The notes under the pieces: model-generated
Database searches by the model: none
Seen by the model: the letters and a program-made list of their open reading frames with translations, nothing else
What the model was told of the DNA's origin: nothing
DNA from: an uncultured Gemmatimonadaceae bacterium
GTDB lineage: Bacteria; Gemmatimonadota; Gemmatimonadetes; Gemmatimonadales; Gemmatimonadaceae
DNA length: 64,000 bases
Assembly: GCA_963822945.1 (NCBI GenBank)
Contig: CAWGJO010000021.1
Location: forward strand, 32,001 to 96,000
Direction of reading: 5' to 3'
Position numbers and translations under genes: made by a program
Part shown: one piece after another, positions 10,742-19,370 of the stretch
Position numbering within the stretch: position 1 is the stretch's first letter
Layout: every line of letters starts with the position of its first letter

Positions 10742-11196
10742 TGCAACGGCGGTCCTACGACCGGCTCCGAATGCTGCTCTCGGTGACCGGTCTGCTGATC
10801 GCCGGCTACCTCACACTCCTCCACTACGACAGCAACGTCCCCCTCGTGTGCAGCGGGGGGGCGTTCGTCAACTGTGAGCAGGTGCTCACCAGTTCGTCGG
10901 CCTTCGTGGCCGGGATCCCCGTGGCCGTCCTCGGCGTCGTCTGGTTCGTGGTGGAGGTCGTCCTCGCACTGCTGTCGGCGCGGGCGAGCAACGGCCGGGA
11001 GCCGGCGTGGCTGCGCGCGGCGGGGTTCGCCTGGGTCCTGATCGGCACCGCCAGCGTGCTCTGGCTCGTCTATCAGGAGTTGGGCGTCATCGGCAAGATC
11101 TGCGCCTGGTGCACGGCGGTGCACGTGATCATTCTGGCGCTGCTGGTGGTGCAGGTGCAGAGCGATCCGCTGCGCGCGGCGCCCGATTCGACGTAG
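10741..11196 (+). CDS. Vitamin K epoxide reductase (VKOR) family protein
   Basis: 4 TMs; loop cysteines VCSGGAFVNCEQVLTS; active-site ICAWCT. Confidence 0.9.
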   Translation: MQRRSYDRLRMLLSVTGLLIAGYLTLLHYDSNVPLVCSGGAFVNCEQVLTSSSAFVAGIPVAVLGVVWFVVEVVLALLSARASNGREPAWLRAAGFAWVLIGTASVLWLVYQELGVIGKICAWCTAVHVIILALLVVQVQSDPLRAAPDST

Positions 11197-11251
11197 CGGG
11201 CCCCGGCGGCCCCCGCTGGTGAGCGGGTTCCGGCCGGCTACCCGGAATGCC

Positions 11252-11899
11252 TTACGAGAGTCCGAGCCGCTCCTCGACCACCGCCCGCACCCGCGCGAAC
11301 ACCTCGTCCTCCGCGCCCGACGCGTCGACGATCACGATCGGGCCGCACTCGGGATGCGCGGCCTGCCAGCCCGCGTCGGCGAACGCCGCGAACGCCTGCG
11401 ATACCCGGTGGTGGAAATCGTCGGCGTTCCGTTCCATGCGATCGCGCTCGCCGCGCTGCGCGGCCCGTGCCAGCCCCTCGCCCACCGGCAGCGTCATCAG
11501 CAACGTGAGATCGGGCACGAGCCCGTTGGTGGCCACGGCGTTGGCCCGCCGCACCTCGGTTTCGGGCAGGCCGCGCCCCGCGCCCTGATAGGCGTACGTG
11601 GAGAGGAAGAAGCGGTCGAGCAGGACCACGTGTCCGGCCTCGAGCCCGGGCCGGACGAGCGTCTCCACCAGCTGCGCCCGCGAGGCCATGAACAGCAGCG
11701 CCTCGGCGCGCGGCGTGATGTCGGAGGCCGGATCGAGCAGGACGCGGCGGATCTCGTCGCCCAGCGGCGTGCCGCCGGGTTCACGGTGCGCGTGCACCAC
11801 CCGGCCGCCCGATTCCAGCCATGGTGCGAGACGGCGGAGCTGCGTCGACTTGCCGACGCCCTCCGCCCCCTCGAAGACGATCAACGGACCACGTGTCAT
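11252..11899 (-). CDS. tmk: Thymidylate kinase
   Basis: FEGAEGVGKST, REPGGT, LDRF..STYAYQG, PDLT. Confidence 0.95.
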   Translation of the reverse strand: MTRGPLIVFEGAEGVGKSTQLRRLAPWLESGGRVVHAHREPGGTPLGDEIRRVLLDPASDITPRAEALLFMASRAQLVETLVRPGLEAGHVVLLDRFFLSTYAYQGAGRGLPETEVRRANAVATNGLVPDLTLLMTLPVGEGLARAAQRGERDRMERNADDFHHRVSQAFAAFADAGWQAAHPECGPIVIVDASGAEDEVFARVRAVVEERLGLS

Positions 11900-11900
11900 G

Positions 11901-12253
11901 TCACCCCAACATGATGATCGGACTCGCGGCGCCCTTCTCGATGCCCTCGAGAATCCAATCGTTCACCTTCCCCATGGTCTTGTCGAAGTTCTCCTGCGCC
12001 ACGATCAGCCGCTGGTACACCGCCTGCCCCTGCACCTTGGTGAGCAGGTCGTCGAGCTGCTGCTCCATCTCGGGCGTCGGCCGTTGGCCGCCGGCGATCA
12101 TCTTCTGCGCATCCAGCCGCAGCTCTCCATCTGCTTGAGCAGGGCCACGGCGTCCTTGTCCTCGGCCAGCGCCTCGTTGGCGCGCTTGAGGGCCTGATAT
12201 TCGGTGCTCTGGCCGATGAACCGGCCCAGGTCTTTGGCTTTCTCTTCGATCAT
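11901..12253 (-). CDS. YlbF/YmcA-like helical regulator; apparent frameshift ~12125
   Basis: MIEEKAKDLGRFIGQSTEYQALKRA..., continuing in another frame LRLDAQK...YQRLIVAQENFDKTMGKVN. Confidence 0.65.
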
Positions 12254-13181
12254 GCGTGCTCCCGTCGTCGTGCGAGTACGAACCGTTCGCGCCCGGCGAG
12301 GTCGAACCGCACCGAGACGTCTGCGAAAGCTGCTTCGGCGGACACCATCTCCGCCACCAGCGAGGCGCGGCGCCCGTCGACTTCGAGCGCGAGCACACCA
12401 CCGGCCTCCAACCGAGCCGCTGCGCCGCGCACCAATTCGCGCGTCGCCGCCAACCCGTTCTCTCCGCTGAGCAGCGCCGTCACCGGCTCCCAATCGCGCA
12501 CCGATGGCGGCAGGGCCGCGGTTTCCTCGAATGCAATGTAGGGCGGGTTGGACACGATTGCCCGCGCCCGGACCTCCCCCACCGGCCGCAGCAGCGATCC
12601 CTGGCGGAATTCCACCGGAGCGCGGGATCGCCGCCGCGAGCGCCGACGCGTTGTCGCGCGCCACCGCCAGCGCGTCGGCTGAGACGTCCGTGCCGATCAG
12701 GCGAGCGAACGTGCCCTCCTGCGCCAGCGCCAGCGCGATGGCGCCCGACCCCGTGCCGACGTCGATCGCCACGCCGCCCGACCCGTCGCGCGTCAACTCG
12801 AGCACGAACTCCACCAGCAACTCCGTCTCGGGGCGCGGGATCAGCACGCGCGGGTCCACCTCGAGCGTGAGACGCCGAAAGCTGGCCCGTCCCACCGCGT
12901 ACTGGAACGGCATGCCCGCCGCCAGGCGGTGCGCCGCCTGCACGGCGCGCGGGAACAGCATCAGGTCGGCGGGCTCGTGCCCGTGCAGCAGCGTCCAGTG
13001 GCGCCCCACGTCGAGCAGCGCGGCCACGATCTCACGCGCCGCCATGGCGGCGTTCGGGGCGCCGGCGTCGCGCCAGCTCCTCCGCCGTCTGCCGCACCAC
13101 GGCGCCCACGGTCAGCCCTGCCGCATCCACCGCGATGGGCGTGGCGCCCGGGCGGGGCGCGCCCGGGCCGACGGCGGTCAG
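12250..13181 (-). CDS. prmC: Release factor glutamine methyltransferase; apparent frameshifts ~13070 and ~12625; start uncertain
   Basis: VLIPRPETE, DVGTGSGAIA, SNPPY; directly downstream of prfA. Confidence 0.9.
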
Positions 13182-14245
13182 GCAACGCTCAGTCGCTCCT
13201 CGACGTCGGCCAGGCGCAGCGCCTCCATGAGGTCGCCGAGGTCCCCGTCGAGCACGCGCTGCAGATCGTGCGTCGTGTAGCCGATGCGATGGTCGGTGAT
13301 GCGACTCTGCGGAAAGTTGTACGTGCGGATCTTCGCCGACCGGTCGCCGGTGCCCACCTGCGTCTTGCGCACGCGCGAGCGCTCCGCCTCGCGCTCCGCC
13401 AGCCGCAGGTCGAGCAGGCGGGCCCGCAGCACTTCCATGGCCTTGGCGCGGTTCTGGATCTGCGAGCGCTGGTCCTGCTGGCTGATCACCAGTCCGGTGG
13501 GAAGGTGCGTGATGCGCACGGCGGAATCGGTGGTGTTCACCCCCTGGCCGCCGGGGCCCGAGGCGCGGAACACGTCGATGCGCAGCTCCTTCTCGTCGAT
13601 CTTCACGTCCACTTCCTCGGCTTCGGGCAGCACCGCCACCGTGGCGGCCGAGGTGTGGATGCGCCCCTGCGCCTCCGTGGCGGGCACCCGTTGCACGCGA
13701 TGCACGCCCGACTCCCAGCGCATGGCGCCGAAGGCACCGTCGCCCGCCACCTTGAAGATGACTTCCTTCACGCCGCCCAGCGCGCCTTCGGAGTACGACA
13801 TCACCTCGAGCTTCCAGTGGCGGCGCTCGCAGTAGCGCGTGTACATGCGGTACAGGTCGGCGGCGAACAGCGCGGCCTCGTCTCCGCCGGTGCCGGCCCG
13901 GATCTCGACGATGGCGTTGCGGTCGTCGAGCGGATCGTGCGGCACGATCAACGGCTTGAGCCGTGCTTCGATCTGCTCGATGGACGCTTCCAGCCGCTCG
14001 ACCTCGGCGGCCGCCTCGGCCGCCATGTCCGGGTCGTCAATGGAAACGAGCTCGCGCGCCTGCACGAGCTCGTTCTCTTCCTTCTGCAATCGGGCCGCCA
14101 GTTCGACCAGCGGCGTCAACCGCCGGTGTTCCCGTCCCAGCTCGGCCAGCTTCTTGGAATCGCGGAGTGAGCCCGGATCGGACAGCGCGCGCTCGACCTC
14201 AGCGGCGCGAGCCAGCTGCTCGGCGAGGCGGTCGCGGAGACTCAG
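13178..14245 (-). CDS. prfA: Peptide chain release factor 1 (probable CTG start)
   Basis: [20 protein letters not shown] (PxT), [15 protein letters not shown]. Confidence 0.95.
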   Translation of the reverse strand: MSLRDRLAEQLARAAEVERALSDPGSLRDSKKLAELGREHRRLTPLVELAARLQKEENELVQARELVSIDDPDMAAEAAAEVERLEASIEQIEARLKPLIVPHDPLDDRNAIVEIRAGTGGDEAALFAADLYRMYTRYCERRHWKLEVMSYSEGALGGVKEVIFKVAGDGAFGAMRWESGVHRVQRVPATEAQGRIHTSAATVAVLPEAEEVDVKIDEKELRIDVFRASGPGGQGVNTTDSAVRITHLPTGLVISQQDQRSQIQNRAKAMEVLRARLLDLRLAEREAERSRVRKTQVGTGDRSAKIRTYNFPQSRITDHRIGYTTHDLQRVLDGDLGDLMEALRLADVEERLSVA

Positions 14246-14445
14246 GCCTTCTTCCCGAACTTCTGGCGGAAGCGCTCCACGCGGCCGGCGGTGTCCACGA
14301 GGCGCTGCTTGCCGGTGTAGAACGGATGGCACTCGGAGCACACGTCGGTGTGGATCTCGGCCTGGGTGGAGCGCGTCTGGAACGTATTCCCGCAGGCGCA
14401 CTTCACGGTTGCCGTCGCGTACTCGGGATGGATGTCGGTCTTCAC
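14242..14445 (-). CDS. rpmE: 50S ribosomal protein L31 (Zn-ribbon type)
   Basis: [29 protein letters not shown]. Confidence 0.97.
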   Translation of the reverse strand: MKTDIHPEYATATVKCACGNTFQTRSTQAEIHTDVCSECHPFYTGKQRLVDTAGRVERFRQKFGKKA

Positions 14446-14481
14446 GAAAACCTCGAAATCATGGGTGGTGCAGAGCTATGA

Positions 14482-14511
14482 AATATAGCCGCCGTCGGAC
14501 GTAAAAGACAA
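14482..14511 (-). promoter_or_regulatory. Candidate sigma-70 promoter of the rpmE operon
   Basis: TTGTCT-N18-TATATT on the minus strand. Confidence 0.5.
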
Positions 14512-14584
14512 GCGGGCAACGGCTTGGGAAGTGGCCCCGTCTCTCCAGACAGCCTAATCAGGCCGTCAATGGGGTGGCGCCACG

Positions 14585-16594
14585 CTACTCCGGCGGCGTG
14601 AACCCCACCGCCCGCCAGATGTCCGCGTTCCGGTACAGCACCCCGCGCTTCATGACGAACCGGACCCGGCTCACATTCCTGATGTCGTCGAGCGGGTTGG
14701 CGTCCAGCACGATGAGGTCGGCCGCGAACCCCGGGGCAACGGTCCCCACGTGACCGGCCATTCCCATGGCCCGCGCGGAAACCGACGTGGCGGCGAGCAG
14801 TGCATCCATGTTGGACATCCCCGCCATCGTGTAGAGCTGCAGCTCGCGATACAGGCTGAATCCGGGCACGCCCTCGTCGGTGCCGGGCAGGAGTGGCACG
14901 CCGGCGGCGTACAGTTCGTGAAGCACGCCGAGCATGTTGCGCTGGATGCCGTGTGCGCGCGCCGTATCGGTGTGCGCGCCCATCTGCACGATCCGCTGGC
15001 GCAGCACCGGGGGAAGATCCGGGACCTGCGGCACCAGGTCCGTCACCGGCTCAGCGGTGGAGTGGCGCAGCAGGTCCCCCCAGGACGCGGTGGGATCGAT
15101 GGCCACGTGATGCGCTGCGACGAACGCGACCTGGCCCCTCACCGAGTCGGAGCCGGCCGCCCCGCGAATCGGGATGTGCGCGATCTGGTCCTGTCCCGAG
15201 TCGATGGTGACATACAACCCGAGCGCCCGCGGCACGTGTCCCGTGACCGTCATGCCCAGACGGTGCGCTTCGCGCGTGATCGCGCCCACGACGGCGGGCT
15301 GCAGCAGGTCGTACATCTTGATCTGCGGAAACCCCAGGGCATGGTAGCGATCCACCACCGCCCGCCCCTCATCGGGCGTGTCGGCGGTGACCGCGCCGAA
15401 CGCGTTCGGGCCACCGCCATCGACGAGGCCCGCGAGCAGCAGCGTGGGCCCGATGGCGTCGCCCGAATCCACGGCTCGCCGCAGCGCCAACTCGAAGTCG
15501 ATCTCGTTGCCCATATCGCGCACCGTGGTCTCGCCTGCGGCCATGTACACCGGGAGCCACTCCATCTGGTGCAGATGTACGTGCATGTTCCAGAGGCCGG
15601 GCATGACCGTCTTGCCGCGCACGTCGATGCGCGTGGCGCCCGCCGGCACCGGCACGCGGTCGGCGGGCCCGGCGTCCACGATCCGACCCGCGCGTACCAC
15701 GACGGTGGCGTTGGCCACGGCAGGCCCACCCCGCCCGTCGATGAGCGTGCCCCCGACCAGCGCCACCGTGCCGAACGCCACCGGATGCACGCGGTGGGAG
15801 ATCGCTGCCAGATCGGCCATGCGGTCGCGGATCACCACGGACATGATCCGCGAATATGCCGGCACGAGCGCCGTCCGGATGGCCTCGAGTGTGAGCCCGC
15901 CGCCGCCACCCGAGGTCACCACCGCCAGCCGACCCTGGGCATCAACCCATACCGACTCCACCCCCCACACCACCCCGTCCACCGAATACCGCGTGAACGT
16001 CATCGCGCGCCCGGCCACCGTGAGCGTCGTCCGTCCCCGGTCCCCGATCGTCACCACATTCGTCGGTCCACCGGGCACCACGGCCAACGACGAGGGCCGC
16101 CCGTGGGCCAGCCAGTAGCGGAGCAGCAGCAGGTGCTGCGACATCGGATGATCGCCGGCGACCGCGAACGCCGTTGCCGGAAGCGAGACGGCGCGGGTGC
16201 CCGTCGGATCGGTCACCCGCGCCTGCCGGCCGCGCACGTCGACGCGGGCAACCGCGGTGGCGCTCGTATCGGTCACGCGCCACACGGCCAGCCGACGCGG
16301 CGAGTAGTCGGACCGCAGGCTCATGGTATCCACCACGTGCGTGCGGCGTCCCCGATCGAGATAGTCGAAGTCGGCCGTCGCCACGAACCCGGACGGTTGG
16401 CGCGCCACTCGGTAGTGCTCGTACCCGATCGCGTGCCCCACGTAGTAGAGTCGAAGCGAATCGGTCACGCCCCCGGAATCCGGCGCGACGGACACCGCGC
16501 GCGACGTGGGCCGACTCGGCGCCGCCGGCACGCCGGCGCCCGACGACAGCGAGAAACAGAGCGTAGCCAGGAATCCTGCGCGCGCGAGTGCCAT
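14585..16594 (-). CDS. Secreted amidohydrolase-family protein with extra N-terminal domain
   Basis: Signal peptide; PGLWNMHVH, GTD, GTVAPGFAADLIVLDANPL. Confidence 0.85.
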   Translation of the reverse strand: MALARAGFLATLCFSLSSGAGVPAAPSRPTSRAVSVAPDSGGVTDSLRLYYVGHAIGYEHYRVARQPSGFVATADFDYLDRGRRTHVVDTMSLRSDYSPRRLAVWRVTDTSATAVARVDVRGRQARVTDPTGTRAVSLPATAFAVAGDHPMSQHLLLLRYWLAHGRPSSLAVVPGGPTNVVTIGDRGRTTLTVAGRAMTFTRYSVDGVVWGVESVWVDAQGRLAVVTSGGGGGLTLEAIRTALVPAYSRIMSVVIRDRMADLAAISHRVHPVAFGTVALVGGTLIDGRGGPAVANATVVVRAGRIVDAGPADRVPVPAGATRIDVRGKTVMPGLWNMHVHLHQMEWLPVYMAAGETTVRDMGNEIDFELALRRAVDSGDAIGPTLLLAGLVDGGGPNAFGAVTADTPDEGRAVVDRYHALGFPQIKMYDLLQPAVVGAITREAHRLGMTVTGHVPRALGLYVTIDSGQDQIAHIPIRGAAGSDSVRGQVAFVAAHHVAIDPTASWGDLLRHSTAEPVTDLVPQVPDLPPVLRQRIVQMGAHTDTARAHGIQRNMLGVLHELYAAGVPLLPGTDEGVPGFSLYRELQLYTMAGMSNMDALLAATSVSARAMGMAGHVGTVAPGFAADLIVLDANPLDDIRNVSRVRFVMKRGVLYRNADIWRAVGFTPPE

Positions 16595-16786
16595 GGGCGG
16601 ATCGGTGTGGGGGTGAGAACGCCGCGCCGCCGACGGGCGTCCTGCCAAGGTGGGCCGGCACCAATGCTACCGCCGAATGCCGCCGTGCGCCATGCGTGAC
16701 GGCATGCGACACCGCTGCCCACCACATCCGTGTTCCGTCGCCCCCCAACTACCTTCCCGCTCGGTTGCCCGGCGCCGCGTACCGAA

Positions 16787-16815
16787 TTGACTCGGCGGTC
16801 GGCGACCCATAGCTT
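16787..16815 (+). promoter_or_regulatory. Candidate sigma-70 promoter of the crp-like gene
   Basis: TTGACT-N17-TAGCTT. Confidence 0.45.
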
Positions 16816-16878
16816 CGCGCCCATGTTCAGGGGCATGACACCGTACCCTTCCCCGCACGCGAGTGTTACCGCCTTGGT

Positions 16879-17559
16879 ATGACCCAGACCACCGCCGATT
16901 TCCTCGCCACCGTCCCGCTGTTCGGTGGCCTGGACCGCCAGGAGTTGGAGCGCTTCGCCGAACTCACCCGGGAGAAGACCTATCCGCGGGGAAGCGTGAT
17001 CCTGTTCGAGCACGACCCGGGCGATTCGTTGTTCGTGGTGCGCAGCGGCCGCGTGAAGGTGGTGCTGATCGGCGAGGACGGTCGCGAGGTCATTCTGGGG
17101 ATGCTCGGCGTGGGCGAACACTTCGGGGAGCTGTCGCTCATCGACGACCGTCCGCGCTCGGCCCACGTGATGGCAGTGGAGGATGCCGACCTCCTCGTGC
17201 TCCACCGCGACGACTTCCGTGCGCGCGTGGAATCGAGTCCGTCGGTGGCCTGGTCGCTACTCACGGAACTGTCGCGCCGGCTCCGCCGCGCCGACGACAA
17301 GATCGGCGGGCTGGTGTTGCTCGACGTGCCGGGCCGCATCGCGCGGCTGCTGCTGGACCTGGCCGACGAGGGCGGGAGCGCGTTGATCGAGAAGGCGCTC
17401 ACGCACCAGACGATCGCGCAGATGATCGGCGCCAGCCGGGAGACCGTGTCCCGCGCGATGAAGGATTTCCAGGAAGCCGGCTTGATCGGCGTGGAGCGGC
17501 GCCGCATCACGCTGCGCGACCGGACGGAGCTGGCCCGGCTGGCCCAGGTTCGCGTGTGA
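16879..17559 (+). CDS. Crp/Fnr family regulator (cNMP-binding, CRP/GlxR-like)
   Basis: FGELSL..PRSA cNMP pocket; HTH GASRETVSR. Confidence 0.93.
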   Translation: MTQTTADFLATVPLFGGLDRQELERFAELTREKTYPRGSVILFEHDPGDSLFVVRSGRVKVVLIGEDGREVILGMLGVGEHFGELSLIDDRPRSAHVMAVEDADLLVLHRDDFRARVESSPSVAWSLLTELSRRLRRADDKIGGLVLLDVPGRIARLLLDLADEGGSALIEKALTHQTIAQMIGASRETVSRAMKDFQEAGLIGVERRRITLRDRTELARLAQVRV

Positions 17560-17570
17560 CTGCGGTCACC
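17555..17570. promoter_or_regulatory. CRP-type binding box
   Basis: TGTGA-CTGCGG-TCACC, 9/10 match to TGTGA-N6-TCACA. Confidence 0.5.
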
Positions 17571-17647
17571 CGCCCGCAGTGACACGCTGACTGGCGGGGG
17601 AGGAGCGTGCGGCCCCATGTTGACCCGATGCGCCGACCGATGCCCAC

Positions 17648-18520
17648 ATGACCCTGCAACTTCAATTCTGGGGGACGCGCGGATCGATCCCGAGCCCGGG
17701 CCCGCGCACGGTGCGATACGGCGGTAACACCCCGTCCATCGAACTCCGCACCGCGGACGGCTGGCTGATCATCCTCGATGCCGGTACCGGACTGCGGGAA
17801 CTCGGACACTCGCTCATGGCGCGCGCCGCCGGCGCGCCGATCGTGGGTGACATCTTTCTCACACACGCCCACTGGGATCACATCCAGGGCCTGCCGTTCT
17901 TCGGCCCACTGTTCCAACGCGGCAACCACTTCACGATCTGGGGATCCCGGACCCTCGAGACGAGCATCGATCGCATCGTGCGCGACCAGATGTCGCCGGT
18001 GGTGTTCCCCGTCACGTTCGAGGAACTGGAGGCTCGCATAGACTTCTCGGAGATCGCGCGGCAACCCAAGCGCCGCCACGGCTATGAAGTGTCGGCGTAT
18101 CCCATGCGGCACCCGGGCGGCGCGCTCGGGTATCGGTTCACGGACGCAGAACCGGACGCGCGGCCGCTGGTCTACATCTCGGACAACGAACTCGGGACCG
18201 GCGGCCGCTACGACACCCCCGACGGATGGCGGCAGGGACTGCTGGCGTTCGTCCGCGGCGCGCGCGTGCTGGTGCACGACGCCACCTACACGGGGGAGGA
18301 GTACGGGCAGTTCCGCGGCTGGGGACATTCGACCTACGCCGACGCGGTAGGGCTGGCCCTCGAGGCCGGGGTCGAGCAGTTGGTGCTCTTCCATCACAAG
18401 CCGGAGCGCAGCGACGACGAGCTGGACGCGCGGGTGGAGGAGAGCCGGGAGATGGTGAGACAGCGGGGGGGACGACTCGACGTCGTCGCCGCCGCCGAAG
18501 GCATGACGCTGACGGTTTGA
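17648..18520 (+). CDS. MBL-fold metallo-hydrolase (possible cyclic-nucleotide phosphodiesterase)
   Basis: FWGTRGSIPSPG, YGGNT, THAHWDHIQG, GWGHS, LFHH. Confidence 0.85.
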   Translation: MTLQLQFWGTRGSIPSPGPRTVRYGGNTPSIELRTADGWLIILDAGTGLRELGHSLMARAAGAPIVGDIFLTHAHWDHIQGLPFFGPLFQRGNHFTIWGSRTLETSIDRIVRDQMSPVVFPVTFEELEARIDFSEIARQPKRRHGYEVSAYPMRHPGGALGYRFTDAEPDARPLVYISDNELGTGGRYDTPDGWRQGLLAFVRGARVLVHDATYTGEEYGQFRGWGHSTYADAVGLALEAGVEQLVLFHHKPERSDDELDARVEESREMVRQRGGRLDVVAAAEGMTLTV

Positions 18521-18557
18521 CGAAAGCACTCGGATGTACGCGTCTCGGGAGGAGACC

Positions 18558-19304
18558 ATGAAGCGTTTCGTTCACACGGCGTGGGCGCTGGTCCTGGCGG
18601 GCGCCGCCCTGGCCCCGGCGACGACCCTGGCCCAGAGCGCCGCCAAGCCGGTGGTGGCCGTCTTCAACTTCGACAACAACTCGATCGGCAAGGATGCGGC
18701 GGAGTACGACGGCATCGGCAAGGGCGTCGCCGACTTCCTGATCACGGATCTGGCCGCGAATCCCAACGTGGTGGTCGTCGACCGCGACCGCATCCAGCAG
18801 GTGCTGCAGGAGCAGAACCTGGTGAAGCAGGGAGCCGTCGATCCGCAGACCGCGGTGCGCGTGGGTAAGCTGGTGGGCGCCCAGTACGCGATCCTCGGCG
18901 GATTCATGAGCGACGGTCGCGGGCACATGGTCCTCACCGGCCGGTCGGTGAACATGGAAACCGGCGTCGTCACCAATCCGCAGCGCGTCCAGGCCGAGAC
19001 CGACGACGTGCTCGGACTGATCGCGAAACTCTCCGACCGGATCGCCCACGACATGAAGCTGCCGGCCATCACCCACCAGCGGGACGTGGGGATGAAGGCG
19101 CCGGATAAGAAGACCCACGACGCCGAGTCCGCGCCGGTGAAGATGGACCTGCGCACGGCCATGCTGTACTCCAAAGCGCTGGACGCGCAGGACAACGGCA
19201 ACACGGCCAGGGCCACCGAACTCTACCGGCAGGTGCTGGACAAATTCCCCAAGTTCACGCCGGCCAAGACACGGTTGGACAAGCTGACCAGGACGGAGAA
19301 CTGA
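18558..19304 (+). CDS. Secreted CsgG/TolB-N-like protein with C-terminal TPR-like helices
   Basis: Signal peptide; VAVFNF, VVDRDRI, GKLVGAQY; SD GGAGGAG. Confidence 0.7.
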   Translation: MKRFVHTAWALVLAGAALAPATTLAQSAAKPVVAVFNFDNNSIGKDAAEYDGIGKGVADFLITDLAANPNVVVVDRDRIQQVLQEQNLVKQGAVDPQTAVRVGKLVGAQYAILGGFMSDGRGHMVLTGRSVNMETGVVTNPQRVQAETDDVLGLIAKLSDRIAHDMKLPAITHQRDVGMKAPDKKTHDAESAPVKMDLRTAMLYSKALDAQDNGNTARATELYRQVLDKFPKFTPAKTRLDKLTRTEN

Positions 19305-19323
19305 TGCGCGAGGCGGCAGCGGG

Positions 19324-19360
19324 CAGTCGGCAGTCACTGTGCATCGCCGACTGCCGACTG
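19324..19360. repeat. Inverted heptamer-repeat hairpin between convergent genes (possible bidirectional terminator)
   Basis: CAGTCGGCAGTC (19324-19335) is the perfect reverse complement of GACTGCCGACTG (19349-19360). Confidence 0.75.
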
Positions 19361-19370
19361 AAAACCGACG

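Noticed and set aside
10492..11196. Apparent fusion of the DUF929 C-terminus with VKOR
   Set aside because: An alternative frame gives a natural end ([12 protein letters not shown]) overlapping the VKOR ATG; probably an indel near 10690.
12250..13181. prmC and other split genes as pseudogenes or programmed frameshifts
   Set aside because: All motifs are intact, no shared slippery motif, and indels are scattered; sequencing error is more likely.
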